Source of the DNA: Octopus sinensis
Lineage: Eukaryota
DNA length: 64,000 nt
Assembly (NCBI RefSeq): GCF_006345805.1
Contig: NC_042998.1
Coordinates: 36,704,001 to 36,768,000 of the forward strand
Reading direction: 5' to 3'
Of this stretch, positions 52,051 to 64,000 are shown in pieces; position 1 is the first letter of the stretch; every line of letters starts with the position of its first letter. A program made the translations under genes and the position numbers. Under the pieces are notes generated by a model. That model saw only the letters and a list, made by a program, of their open reading frames with translations, was not told the DNA's origin and searched no databases.

Positions 52051-52989
52051 GAAACAGTCATACATCCACATGCATACCTATATGCAAACAGACAGATACA
52101 CACACATACATGCACGCACACACATAGACACACGTATATATGTATGTATATCCAAATTAAGGGAGCGGAGCAGGTAAAATCCAGTTTCATAGCAAGCAGA
52201 TCCCCAGAAGTAAATAATATTTCAACGAAGAGTACTCATTTAGCTACTAATTAAGCAATAGGTACCTTAGTTAAATGAAGGAATCCTAAGTTAGCTTGCC
52301 GGGAATATAATTAAAAATAAGTGGTGAAACGGGAAGAAAGGAGGAAAGAAGCAAAATAGAAAAAACGAAGGGGGAAAGGAATAAATTGGTCGGCAATAGA
52401 AAGGAAGGAATAGGTAAAAAATAAGGGAGTGGACAATTGTCTGAAGTTGTTAAATATTAAAAAAGGAGAAGAGGAAGGAGCAGCAATTTAGGTTAGATTG
52501 GTACTGGCTTTAGTGGAAGGTTGTTGTGAATATTAAGCTGGGGGTCATTTTACTATGTCAGCGGTAAATAAATATATTTTCGCATCCCTGCATATACATG
52601 TATACAGAATATAAGGAAAAGAAAAGAATGTCTGGAATTGAAATAGTGAAGAATTTAAATATTTAGGAACGATATTATGGTGGATTTGCTGGGAAGCAAG
52701 AGAGGCGGGGGGGGGGAGTGAAGGAGAGGGAGATAACGTTTCTAGCCATTAGGGGAACATAACAGTTGAAATTAAAATGGCGGCTTACTACTTGACAGTA
52801 AAACTATACATTCGCATATCCGCGCACACGCGCACACTTTCCCTATCCGCTTACATTATTTCATGTGGTGTGGATGGGCAAAAAGCAAGATGTAGGAAAA
52901 CCACAGGGTTAAGAAAATATAAAGGTAATTAAAATAAATTTCATGTTATAAATACATAGAAGAGCTTCAAGGAGGTAGTGGGGTACCGA

Positions 52990-53218
52990 GACATTACATC
53001 CTTTAAATTTTCCATGGTTCCTAAAATTTTCCAACATTACACCTGATATCCACCCCACTCCATGCACATGCACACATGTATACCGTGACTTTTACTCTGC
53101 TCACTGTCCTGACATTTGTATTGTGTACTGTACCTGCACCTCTGATGAGTTGTAGTGCACCTGAGCACTATAAACAATAATGTCATTATTACTATTATTA
53201 TTATTATTATTATTATTA

Positions 53219-53248
<30 letters not shown>
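52990..53248 (+). mobile_element. LINE-like 3' end with (ATT)n tail
   Basis: gagttgtagtgcacctgagcactataaacaataa followed by (ATT)n. Confidence 0.5.
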
Positions 53249-53249
<1 letters not shown>

Positions 53250-53666
53250 CTACGTTTGACTTTTGCTTTATATTTGTACAAGTTGGCTCCAAGTCTCACC
53301 CAGAGACCTCAAGAGACAACAGGTTGGAAGTTCGTGATGTTGTTATGCCTAGTGTGCCATATATTTGGTTTTGTATTTAGTGTTGTACTAGTGAATGTAA
53401 AAAAAAACGAAAAGTATGTTTGTTTTAAAACTTGAGATTACATAGAAAGTATTTTGCGTAGGATATGAGCACTATCTTTTGAATTTCTGCCATTTTGGGG
53501 TTTCCTGGTATCTGAGTTAGGTAGCGATCAGCCCCTTTTGCTATCATTCCCAGGGCACCTGTGTCAACGGGTATTGTTTTAGTCTTCAGGTTCCACATTT
53601 TGCTGATTTCTATTTCAAGATCTTTATATTTGCTCAGTTTTTGGTAGGTCTTGACAGATACGTTTA

Positions 53667-53670
<4 letters not shown>
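53250..53670 (-). mobile_element. R4/Dong-like LINE 3' end inserted in (TAA)n
   Basis: VSVKTYQKLSKYKDLEIEISKMWNLKTKTIPV..GALGMIAKG..IPGNPKMAEIQK..AHILRKILSM*. (ATT)n on both flanks. Confidence 0.9.
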
Positions 53671-53723
<53 letters not shown>

Positions 53724-53829
53724 GATTATTGCATTGATCTTCTATTTAATTGTATATGGTATATGTATGTGTATGGATATATTTTTATGTTTCATATATA
53801 TATATGTGTGTGTGTATGTGTGTGTGTAT

Positions 53830-53874
<45 letters not shown>

Positions 53875-53875
<1 letters not shown>

Positions 53876-54185
53876 AGACACATAGCCTAGTGGTTTTAGC
53901 AGCGGACTGGCGGTCGAGGGATCGCGGGATCGCGGGTTCGAATTTCAAACCGGGCGACGTGTGTGTTTATGAGCGAAACACCTAAGTTCCACGCGGCTCC
54001 AGCAGAAGGTAATAGCGAACTTCTGCTGACTCTTTCTCCACAACTTTCTCTCACTCTTTCCTCCAGCATCTTGCAGCTCACCTGCGACGGACCGGCGTCC
54101 CGTCCAGCTGGGGAACCTATACTCCAAGGAAACCGGGAAACCGGCAATTATGAGGCAGGCATGGCTCGAGAAGGAACAAACAATA
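53875..54185 (+). mobile_element. tRNA-derived SINE (family of 8295)
   Basis: TAGCCTAGTGG A box, GGTTCGAAT B box, body nearly collinear with 8295-8605. Confidence 0.88.
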
Positions 54186-55583
54186 TATATGTATTTATTT
54201 ATTTAATATACCTTTGCTGTTTTTCCACTTTACTGCTATGAGCTTCTTTATATTTTTCATTATTCTCTCTTCATTGCCTTCTGTCTACTTCTGTTCCTCA
54301 ACACTCTCTGCATCTCATTTCAGTTATTAAATGTCTGACAGAGTGCAATATGATATTTTCCTGGTCTTCCATTGCATTTAGGCATCCAAATGCACGCGGG
54401 ACATCCAATGATGAGTTCCAAATAACTACAGTGGTGAAACATACGAAAAAAAAAACATGCCATAATACCTATGGTAGCATTGTTAAATGCGCATTTCTGC
54501 CTTCTATTGTTCGTGGATGTCCCCTATCAGCCCTTACACATATCGCAAAGATATTTAAATTAAGAATATGTGATGTTTAATTAGCTGACTTGCTGAATAA
54601 AATGGGGTATGAATATAGAGAGCAGTACTAGTTTAAAAACGTAATTTGTGTATCATACACACAGCAGGCAGACCGTTGAAATTCTAATTAAGTGCGGTAT
54701 ACGTCCCGAGACAATGTCGTTATGAATATATAATGTTTAAAAAACACAGAATAAACAGTTTATATGTCACGAGCAAAGGTCATTTTTGGCGCAGTTGAGC
54801 CTCTTTTCCTGCATTTTATGACATTTCTGTTTTCGCAATCGCCGGAATGAAGGACGTGATAAAAACCGCCATGAAATACTTAACTGGGGTTACCTTCTGT
54901 ACAGCACGTATCTCTTCATTATATTTCAAGCAAGGAACATTTATACTATATCGGTGTTTAAATGTTCGAAAATCTGTTGGTTAGTGTTTACATTGGTTTG
55001 AAGTATAGTCATTCACGCTGTACAACAACAGCACGAAATGTATGGAGTAACACCAAAGTGATGTCCATACACATTTCTTCTACATTGTTCTTCTGTAAGA
55101 TATCTTTACAATAACCCTTTCTGATGGAAACGTTTATTGATAGATTATTGTAGAATAAAATTTAGTGTAGAAAAGTTTGCTTTAAAAAGTTGCATTCCAT
55201 CGATCATTTTAAATGACTTACAATTAAATAATAATATAAGAGTTTTTCCAAAAGCCCGAAACGTGAATATCAACGAGCATTTTTTTAAAGCAATTTGCTT
55301 ATATATTTCAAAAGAATACAGTGATATTCAAACAGGCAAGAAGAAAAGTAGGATATTATATATTGAAAATGTAAATGAGTTTGGAGTTTTCATTGAATAC
55401 AATTGAAGTGAAAAGACCGTAATGTATTTTTCAGACAAAGGGGAAATAAATTATTTCTTTACAACAACATGAAAAATCGAAAGCAAAGAAAGGCACGTTG
55501 GAATACTCGGTGAAAATTTACTTGGTATATAAACCCAAAGTGAACAAGATGTTGATGTAACGCAAATCGAGAGTACAAGAGAG

Positions 55584-55633
<50 letters not shown>

Positions 55634-56278
55634 GGTGGAGAGTAAATATGTGCAGATAAGCACTCTCTTTTCTTCTCCATACAGAAATACGCACACAGAG
55701 ACACGTATACACACAGACACACACACACACACACACACACACAGGTATATTAACGGTATTGGTAAATCGGGTTGGAGATTGTTTTAACTGGCGAATATTT
55801 TAGTAGTTGTTATTACTGATTTTCTTACGAAGGAGACTGTGTATTCCAGTTATGTCTTCTGCATCCTCTATCGCTGGTAATTTCAACAAACGATGTCAAT
55901 TTTCATTCCGCAATTAGATCATTGTTAGAGCGTAGATTCGGATCACTGATATTTCTGAATCGAGCTTTGATTTTTATTTGGCGGGCATCGCCGAAATTTT
56001 GTTTACATTTCAAGTTTTCCGTTTAAGATGTTATATACTAATTATATAACGATATCATATAATGCTTATCTAATTACGTTTTCCTATGGAGATGTGTCTT
56101 TGTCTTATGAGATATAATGGGTTTCAGGAAGCCCTTAAAGTTGATGTTGGTTTGCAATTTGCCCTTGCTCAGCCGAAACCGAGCAGAACTATGATCAAAT
56201 ATTTTCCTGGCCAAAGGTATCACGCGTTTTATTCAGATAGAATATATGTGGGACATGTATGCAATATATGTATGAATA

Positions 56279-56334
<56 letters not shown>

Positions 56335-56564
56335 TATATATATTATATATATATAATAAAATATTAGGGAAAAATCCAAACTTACAGGGAAAAATCAGAT
56401 TTAGGATTGAATCCAATTTTATAGTAAAATATTATATTATATTAAATTATCTTTTATTAAACTTTTAATACTTTTGATATATTTAAAATAATATAAATTA
56501 ATTACTTTTATGTATTGGCTTAAGTTTTTCATCGTTTGATTGCCTAATAGTGGTTTTCTCTAAT

Positions 56565-56596
<32 letters not shown>

Positions 56597-56736
56597 GTGT
56601 GCATATATATATATACATATATATATAAATGTATACATACGTATATATATATATATATATATATATATTAATATATATATATGTATATTACATATACATA
56701 TATATATACGCGAGAAAGAAGCAACAAGATGGATAG

Positions 56737-56826
56737 GTTTTAGTACGATCGTTTCATACAAGGACAGTTTTATTAAAGTTGCAAAGATTACAGCATATAA
56801 ACGAGTCCCGTACTCATCAGCTAAAA
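56737..56826 (-). ncRNA. Type I hammerhead ribozyme, intact core
   Basis: Minus strand ttttag-CTGATGA-GTACgggac...gtccttGTAT-GAAAC-GATC-GTA-ctaaaa. Confidence 0.82.
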
Positions 56827-57890
56827 TACATGTAAGTTCTCTAGACTCCTAGTGTTTGAGGCTATACTCATGAAGTAATGTAGATAATTAAACAGATTTC
56901 TAAAGTTCATTAAAGTTCTTTAAAGATGATGCATAGTCTTATCACAGAATTTTAAAAAAGTTTTGGTAGCATCACAGAGAAGGTGACCTAATCCATATGA
57001 ATTTCCATAGATATGATGAGGGATTATATACTCACAGAAGACAAATTTATCCATTGTTATTAGCATTACAGAGAGGGTGAATTAATCCTTTGTATATATG
57101 CACAGATTCCAATGGTGTAGATGTAAATTTCCAGAGAAATGGAGATGAATTTCATATTCACAGGCGATAAATTTTACAATGGTTGAACACAATGAGGTAG
57201 GTACCAATCCTTGTTATATGATAGGTGTTTGCCATATTAATCACATTACTGCTATTCACAAGGGCTGCAGCTATTTAACTCTTAAAGGTTGAAGGGCTTA
57301 CTAGATCGGCCAAGAATAGAGAAGGGAATAGAAGAAAAGAGAGAAAATAATGGAGGAGGGAGCAAAAAAGGAGGGGGAAGGGGACTAAAAAGAGAGAGAA
57401 AAGGGAACAGAGAATAAGAAGAAGAAAAAGAAGAAGAGAAAGAGAAAGGAATAGGGAAAGAAGGGAAAAAAGAAAAAGAAAAAGAAAAAAGAGGGTTCTA
57501 GTTATACAGAAGAGCTAGTAGACTGTAAGTCTGGTTTTAATCAACAGGCATCTGGGGACTGGAGGGGATATTATTTTCTTTGACCAGTAAACCGTTAATT
57601 TATTGCTGTTGAAATCAGCTATGAGTTTAAAGAGAATCTAAAGAGATAACACAATCAGGGGTTAAGGGGTCAGATGCTAAAATCACCAGAAAATACATTA
57701 GGAAAATCTAAGTATAATCTTATCAAAAAGTCATTAAAAATTTACTTATTTAATTTAACTTTTTTAAAATTCTGTGATAAGACTATGCATCATCTTTAAA
57801 GAACTTTAATGAACTTTAGAAATCTGTTTAATTATCTACATTACTTCATGAGTATAGCCTCAAACACTAGGATGTCTAGAGAACTTACAT

Positions 57891-57984
57891 GTTTTTAGCT
57901 GATGAGTACGGGACTCGTTATATGCTGTAATCTTTGCAACTTTTAATAAAACCTGTCCTTGTATGAAACGATCGTACTAAAAAC
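57891..57984 (+). ncRNA. Type I hammerhead ribozyme, intact core
   Basis: gtttttag-CTGATGA-GTACgggac...gtccttGTAT-GAAAC-GATC-GTA-ctaaaaac. Perfect 8-bp stem I, palindromic ACGATCGT stem III, predicted cleavage after 57976. Confidence 0.85.
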
Positions 57985-58129
57985 CTATCCATTCTTGTTG
58001 CTTCTTTCTCGCTTATAATCACCCCACATACTGTATTGTTAAATCAGTATAGTTTTTTTTGGTGCATCTAAGTTAGGTACCATATTCAAGTAAATTTTTT
58101 TAAATTAACTTGAATCTTTATTGCTCTTC

Positions 58130-58165
<36 letters not shown>

Positions 58166-58171
58166 ACATAC

Positions 58172-58202
<31 letters not shown>

Positions 58203-58203
58203 T

Positions 58204-58240
<37 letters not shown>

Positions 58241-58278
58241 GTATTATATATATGTATACATACGTATACACACACATG

Positions 58279-58314
<36 letters not shown>

Positions 58315-59419
58315 CATATGTTCTTATAAAACACACACATACACACACGCACACTAATCTATCACTCACACACACGCACATATAACAATGATTCTCTAAC
58401 TATCCTTCTCACGTTACTGTTCGAATAAGGTCAGCACGAGAAGTATTTTAAAGAGCAGTCAAATAGGTTGACAAGGACCTTACTGACCCAATTTCAAATA
58501 AATATCGAACCCTTTTATACGACTTCGCTTATCCAGTAGCTACGTGGTATTTTATCCGTCCTCCTGTGAGTAACGCTTATTATAATAACGTTTACAGCAA
58601 TTTTCAGTTTTATGATTAAAAAACGTAAACAATCACAAATAAAATTACATAGAACATATGCAAATGAGTTAGAAATCAATAATAATTTTTTTAATATCAG
58701 CTAATGAAATTTGAATGAGAACGAGAAACCGAATACAAAGAAATTAAACACTCTAGCTTTTCCAGCCTTATTAAAATTATAGCAAAGTGTAAATTGTGCT
58801 ATGGTTGAAAACAAGAAAATGTGAAAAAAAAAAACAAAAAGAAAATGTAATTCCATATAAAATCTTAAGAGGTATAATTGAATATGAATCTGGCGATATT
58901 CTTTCGGGAGTGATAATGGCAATTCATTGATTGATTACTGCCGTATAATTTAGTTTATAATAAAATTTATACAGATATCACGTGTGAATTTCCAAAACAA
59001 ATGAACTGTAATTTCTATAAAAAAAAGACATGAAAAGCAAACGTGGCAAATGTGCGATAAAATATCAAATGCTGGTCGAACCTGAAGCATGGCAAGAATT
59101 GTGACATCTGGAAGAATGATGCGTTTCAGTAAATCAAAGCCGGAAACGACATTGATTCTTCAAATCGAAATCTACTCTTGGCTTTATGTCTTCGCTCTCG
59201 ACATGCCCTTCGGCAGGTTGTCCAGTGGACTGGTGCCCGTTATTCTAGAACATGCCGTATTGAATACATAAATACATACAGTCGCACATGTGTTTATGTA
59301 TATGTGTGTATATACAGATATATATATATGCATATATACATGTGTGTATGTACAATTGTGTGTGTGCGCGCGCGCGCAAATGTGTTTGAACCTGTATATA
59401 TATTTATGCTTGTGTGTGG

Positions 59420-59568
59420 AGAGGCACAGGCGTGTTTGTGTGGTCAGAAATTTGCTGCCCAGTCACATGATTCCTGGCATCTTGCGCGAGTGCATCTACA
59501 CATAGCCGTGGGTCGGCGAAAGTCTTGTGAGTGGATTTGGTAGGTGGAAACAGAAAGAAGGCCGTCGG

Positions 59569-59570
<2 letters not shown>
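59420..59570 (+). mobile_element. Degraded SINE 5' part
   Basis: cttgtgagtggatttggtaggtggaaacagaaagaaggccgtcg. Confidence 0.7.
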
Positions 59571-59639
<69 letters not shown>

Positions 59640-59899
59640 ATATACGAGTGTGTGTGTATGTATATATATATACACGCATACATGCATCTATACACATACA
59701 TTTATATATAAATATATCTATATAAAAGAAGAAAAGAAAACTGGTATTAGTAAGTTAATAATTGATTATTATTAAAAACAGTGAATTGATAAGCCCTCAT
59801 ATAACATCCCAACGTACATCTTTTTTCATCTGGAAGTACCCTAATCCTCGGAACTTTCCAGGAAGTAACATAATCTTTGGAACTTTCCAGTCTATGGAC

Positions 59900-60873
59900 T
59901 ACAAGTACTAGACACAGAACACTTGCTAGAAACTCTGGCTAGAAACTGTGAATAATAAAACCCAAATCCTTCATTCGTACTATGCCAAACCTATGGCCTC
60001 CAAATACTTGATCCACCGGAACTCAACCATTGCGGACAATGCCAAATTCAATATTTTGATGGCAGACCTCGTCAGAATAATGCGAAATGTGTCCCGCATG
60101 TGCGAGCCTACAGAGTTAAAGAGACACTTACAACATTTCGTTCACCGCATGCAGTTCTCAGGTTACAGCTATAAAGAAAGGATCAGAGGATACAAAGGAG
60201 CCATGAAGAAATTTGATACTGTCTTATGTAATGATAGGAATGGGATTTGCCCACTCTATAGGAGCAAGTCATGGAACACTATGGAAAGGACAAAGAAGTA
60301 AAAAGGGAAGGCCAACTCTTGGTATGATAGCTACAAATACCAGAGTGCCATGTTCGTTGACACCACCCCTAGAGATAAACTGGCGTACCGCTTTAGAAGG
60401 ACCCTAGACAAACTTAAGCTAAGGTTTAAGGTTGTTGAAAAGCCAGGCAACCCTATCAAATCCATAATCGGTAGAACCTATCCTTTTAGTAGAACGCCCT
60501 ATACGGATAGGTAATGTACTGTGTGCAGATTTAGCCCACAAACTGTAAAGCCAGAAATGTATATAGTATAAGATGTATAGAGGGACGATGCAGTAACAAG
60601 ACAACATATGCAGGGGAAACGGCACGAAGCATAGGAGAGCGAATAAATGGACATTGGAGAGAACTTAAGGAAGGAAAGAGCTCATCGATTCTATACCAAC
60701 ACGCTGAGCAGGAACACGGGGGCTCAATCAAGAACATAGAAGTTAAAATATTGTCCACACATAGAACAAACGCAACAATCAGACAAATTACGGAAGCTAC
60801 ACACATAATAGAAGATAAACCTCGCCTGAATAGGAAACTGGAATGGAACACTAGCACATACCACAACATATGA
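59900..60873 (+). mobile_element. 5'-truncated Penelope-like ORF (RT thumb plus GIY-YIG), disrupted
   Basis: ILHSYYAKPMASKYLIHRNS..RMQFSGYS..PLYRSKSW..AMFVDTTP..FKVVEKPG..NVYSIRC..C..TYAGETARSIGERINGH..LYQHAEQEH..RQITEA..LNRKLEW. A few stops and frameshifts. Confidence 0.9.
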
Positions 60874-61004
60874 CAGAAGAGGATCCCCAAAAACTGGTTA
60901 CAATATAAACAAAACTGAAAACATAATAAAATAAAATACACAGATAAATAAACAAATGGAAGTAAATAACTATATACATTTTTTTCATTAAAAAAAAATA
61001 TTTA

Positions 61005-61027
61005 ATTTATTATTATTATTATTGTTA

Positions 61028-61062
<35 letters not shown>

Positions 61063-61085
61063 TATTATTATTATTATCATTATCA

Positions 61086-61160
<75 letters not shown>
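61005..61160. repeat. (ATT)n microsatellite
   Basis: Directly visible. Confidence 0.97.
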
Positions 61161-61161
<1 letters not shown>

Positions 61162-61477
61162 TAGTATTATTGTTATACATACATACGTACATACAAGCAT
61201 ACGTAATAATAATGATAATAATGATAAGAATAATTATAAAAATAAGTGGATGTAAACACATGAACCAAATAAGAACAAACAAAAACAAAAACAAATTACT
61301 TGAACGTATATAAACAGAAGATACAAATATTACAGGCATCCCCCACATTAACTAAACATAGACGCACATAGAGATATACGCATGCGTAAATAAAGACACA
61401 TACAATAGGAATACAAAATACAAAATGATTGACGGTTAGTAAGGAGAGAAACACAAATAAGAAAGAAGGAAGCAAAG

Positions 61478-61521
61478 GACCACTGATGCGGTCACAGGAG
61501 TGTGACGAAAGAACTCTGGCC
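61478..61521 (+). ncRNA. Mutated minimal hammerhead in putative 3' pLTR
   Basis: gacca-CTGATGCG-GTCAC-aggagt-GTGAC-GAAAG-aa-CTC-tggcc. Confidence 0.55.
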
Positions 61522-61649
61522 GAAATAAGATTAAGATTAATGTAAAAAATAAATAACACTGAAGCCAAGGAACACCAAATATATAGTGCGTGTGTTTTTA
61601 TTGGTTAAACCGGCAAAATGACCATCCCGAAATACAACAATAAATAAGT

Positions 61650-61820
61650 GCCCCTTAGTCGGTTAAACGACGAGAGTTTCAGAGCGGATGGCTGGTTGCT
61701 CCACAGACATGCGTCAACCTTAATGAAGTTTTCAGGGAGATTCAGCGTGACATAGAATGTGACAAGGCTGGCTCTTCGAAATACAGGTCAAATTCCCTGA
61801 CCGCTAAGCTACGCACCTTC
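61650..61820 (-). mobile_element. Deleted SINE (family of 18745)
   Basis: ctccacagacatgcgt..cagggagattcagcgtgacatagaatgtgacaaggctgg. Confidence 0.7.
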
Positions 61821-61847
61821 ATACACACACACAAATTGAATAAAGCC

Positions 61848-62231
61848 CAGTTATACCTGGCGGTACGAGTTTACTTCGTTCCATGACCGTACTCGTCTTA
61901 CGATTTACTTGTTTTACAAATCAACTTTTCCCTGTTCGAATCAACTAAAATATAATTAATCCATTCCAAACCCCCCCAAACCACTCCAAAATATTTTTTA
62001 TGGGTTTTAAACAGAAAAGGGGTAGCTACAAGTAAAATGACAATTATAAAAAAGAGAATGCAAAAGAAATATGAAAACTGGTTTTATTAACTGAATTACC
62101 TTAAAGATGGGACGATTGTTTGCTCGTACTGCAGATTTCCGCTCGTATTTCAAGACAAAAATTCGCACGAGTCTCGGCTCGTACAGCAAATTACTCGTAC
62201 AACGGGGCACTCGTAATGCGAGGTTCTACTG
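61848..62231. mobile_element. Tigger/pogo-like MITE
   Basis: Ends cagttatacctggcggtacgag and ctcgtaatgcgaggttctactg-ta. Repeated ctcgta subterminal motifs. Confidence 0.65.
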
Positions 62232-62342
62232 TAATATAGGTTGTATTTTCATATTTTACAACTCTTGCAGTAAAATAATTTGATATTTATTATGCAAACT
62301 TTCTGTGCATGTCCGGACTGAGGCATCTCCTGTGTGTTTGTT

Positions 62343-62377
<35 letters not shown>

Positions 62378-62381
62378 TATA

Positions 62382-62728
62382 AAGGGGGTAAAGACCACCT
62401 TCGGTCATGAGTGACCATGGGTTTGCACCTAGAGAGTTACCCTCTGAGGCACAAGTCTGGGCAAGGTTGTTTTATGGAAGACCAGTAGTCGCCCATGCAT
62501 ACCGGCTTCCCCTCTCCACGCCACCAGTGTTATCCAAGGGAAAGACAAAGGTCGATGCAGCTTGGCACCTGTGACGTCGCAACTCATTTCTACAGCTGAG
62601 TGAACTGGAGCAACGTGAAATAAAGTGTCTTGCTGAAGAACACAACACGCAGCCCGGTCCGGGATTCAAGCTCACAACCTCACGATCGTAAGCTCGACGC
62701 CCTAACCACTGAGCCATGCGCCTTCACA
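62382..62728 (-). mobile_element. Full-length tRNA-derived SINE with 13-bp TSD
   Basis: Minus-strand head ggcgcaTGGCTCAGTGGttagggcg..gcttgaatccc. tgtgtgtattata at 62369-62381 and 62729-62741. Confidence 0.9.
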
Positions 62729-63199
62729 TGTGTGTATTATACGTCAACAAAAATATTATAGATAGTGAAGTATAAAAGAAAGTAAACTGGAAAAAAGCTG
62801 ATTTATGCAGTTCAGAGAACAAGAAATCCACCTGTGGCTTATTAAACCCTTTCAAATACGACCCCTTTTAGGGTCTCGGTGACAGCAGGATACGGCATCA
62901 GCAACGTAAGCAAATGTAAAGTTGTTGAAGGGAAAATGAAGCAATTGTTAGACATCGTTTTCTATTTTCAGTTTGGTAAGAAGAAGGAATTGTTAAAAGT
63001 GTTTTCCTTTCGTCAGTCATTGAAGTTGGTTGGATCTCATTGCTTATCGCTTTGATCAATTGAAGGTCTTCTCTAGGCATTTATTTGTTTTCTGCGTTTT
63101 CTTAAACCTCACTAGGAAATTTTATACTTTGTGTCTCTGCACAAACAAGAATAAAAAAATATATACTTTAAACAAAATAATTTAACAATAAGACGATGT

Positions 63200-63970
63200 G
63201 CTGGCAGAATCGTTACCACGCCGGGTGAAATGCTTAGCAGCATTTCGTCTGCCGTTACGTTCTGAGTTCAAATTCCGCCGAGGTCGACTTTGCCTTTCAT
63301 CCTTTCGGGGTCGCTAAATTAAGTACCATTTATACACTGGGGTCGATATTATAGATTTAATCCGTTTGTCTGTCCTTGTTTGTCCTCTCTGTGTTTAGCC
63401 CCTAGTGGGTAGTAAAGAAATAGGTATTTCGTCTGCCGCTACGTTCTGAGTTCAAATTCCACCGAGGTCGACTTTGCCTTTCATCCTTTCGGGGTCGATA
63501 AATTAAGTACCAGTTACGCACTAGGGTCGATGTAACCGACTTAATCCGTTTGTCTGTCCTTGTTTCTCCTCTCTGTGTTTAGCCCCTAGTGGGTAGTAAA
63601 GAAATAGGTATTTCGTCTGCCGCTATGTTCTGAGTTCAAATTCCACCGAGGTCGACTTTGCCTTTCATCCTTTCGGGGTCGATAAATTAAGTACCAGTTA
63701 CGCACTGGGGTCGATGTAATCGACTTAATACCCTTGTCTGTCCTTGTTTGTCCCCTCTATGTTTAGCCCCTTGAGGGCAATAAAGAAATAAGAATCGTTA
63801 GCACGCAGGGGAAAAATACTTATCGGCATTTCGTCCGTCTTCATGTTCTGAGATCAAATACCGCCGGAGTCGATTTCGCCTTTCGTCTTTCCGGGATCGA
63901 TAAAATAAACAGTTGTTGTAATCGACGAGCCGTCGCCCTCTAATTTGCTAGCCTTGTGCCATAATTTGAA
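63200..63970 (+). mobile_element. Tandem SINE array: head plus three 184-bp bodies plus an older copy
   Basis: tttcgtctgccg at 63243, 63427 and 63611. Diverged fourth copy from ~63792. Confidence 0.93.
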
Positions 63971-64000
63971 CGTACTATCCTTTGAACATGCCCAATTCAT

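Larger units (their letters stand above)
56710..58130. mobile_element. Non-coding PLE-like element with ~250 bp inverted arms (56710-56960 / 57759-58012)
   Basis: Near-identical reverse-complement arms, ORF-less ~800 bp spacer, (TA)n on both flanks. Confidence 0.88.

Noticed and set aside
53138-53175. CTGATGAG as a hammerhead core
   Set aside because: No stem II/GAAA arrangement follows; it is part of a LINE-like 3' UTR before an (ATT)n tail.
55760-56250. Possible old LINE RT remnant on the minus strand
   Set aside because: The similarity is too weak to support by eye.
62650-62728. tRNA genes at SINE heads (also 8295, 14400, 53875)
   Set aside because: A and B boxes are present, but there is no complete cloverleaf, and each continues into a multi-copy SINE body.
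63243-63790. 184-bp tandem units as a CRISPR array or hammerhead retrozyme
   Set aside because: No unique spacers or cas genes, eukaryotic context, and no CUGANGA core on either strand; the units are SINE bodies.

Overview
AT-rich, microsatellite-dense eukaryotic non-coding DNA. The SINE families, Penelope-like elements and (TA)n/(ATCT)n/(CATA)n load resemble a coleoid cephalopod (Octopus-like) genome; this is inferred, not verified. I found no recognisable host protein-coding gene, and almost all track ORFs are microsatellite translations. The window is a mosaic of decayed mobile DNA: two mariner remnants, MITEs, a Helitron Rep remnant, RTE, CR1, R4/Dong-like and Hero-like LINE fragments, several Penelope-like (PLE) RT/GIY-YIG fragments, and many tRNA-derived SINEs. 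Three signals stand out. (1) About ten type I hammerhead-ribozyme motifs with palindromic stem III sit in short non-coding PLE-terminus elements inserted in (TA)n. The best is a 1.3 kb element at 56710-58012 with near-identical inverted arms, each carrying an intact hammerhead core. (2) Tandem 184-bp SINE multimers have junctions in the anticodon-like loop of the tRNA head, and their insertion targets share GGTA(TT) microhomology with that junction. (3) An RTE LINE carries an internal ~1.2 kb inversion. All protein-family calls come from motifs translated by eye, and many element boundaries are approximate.
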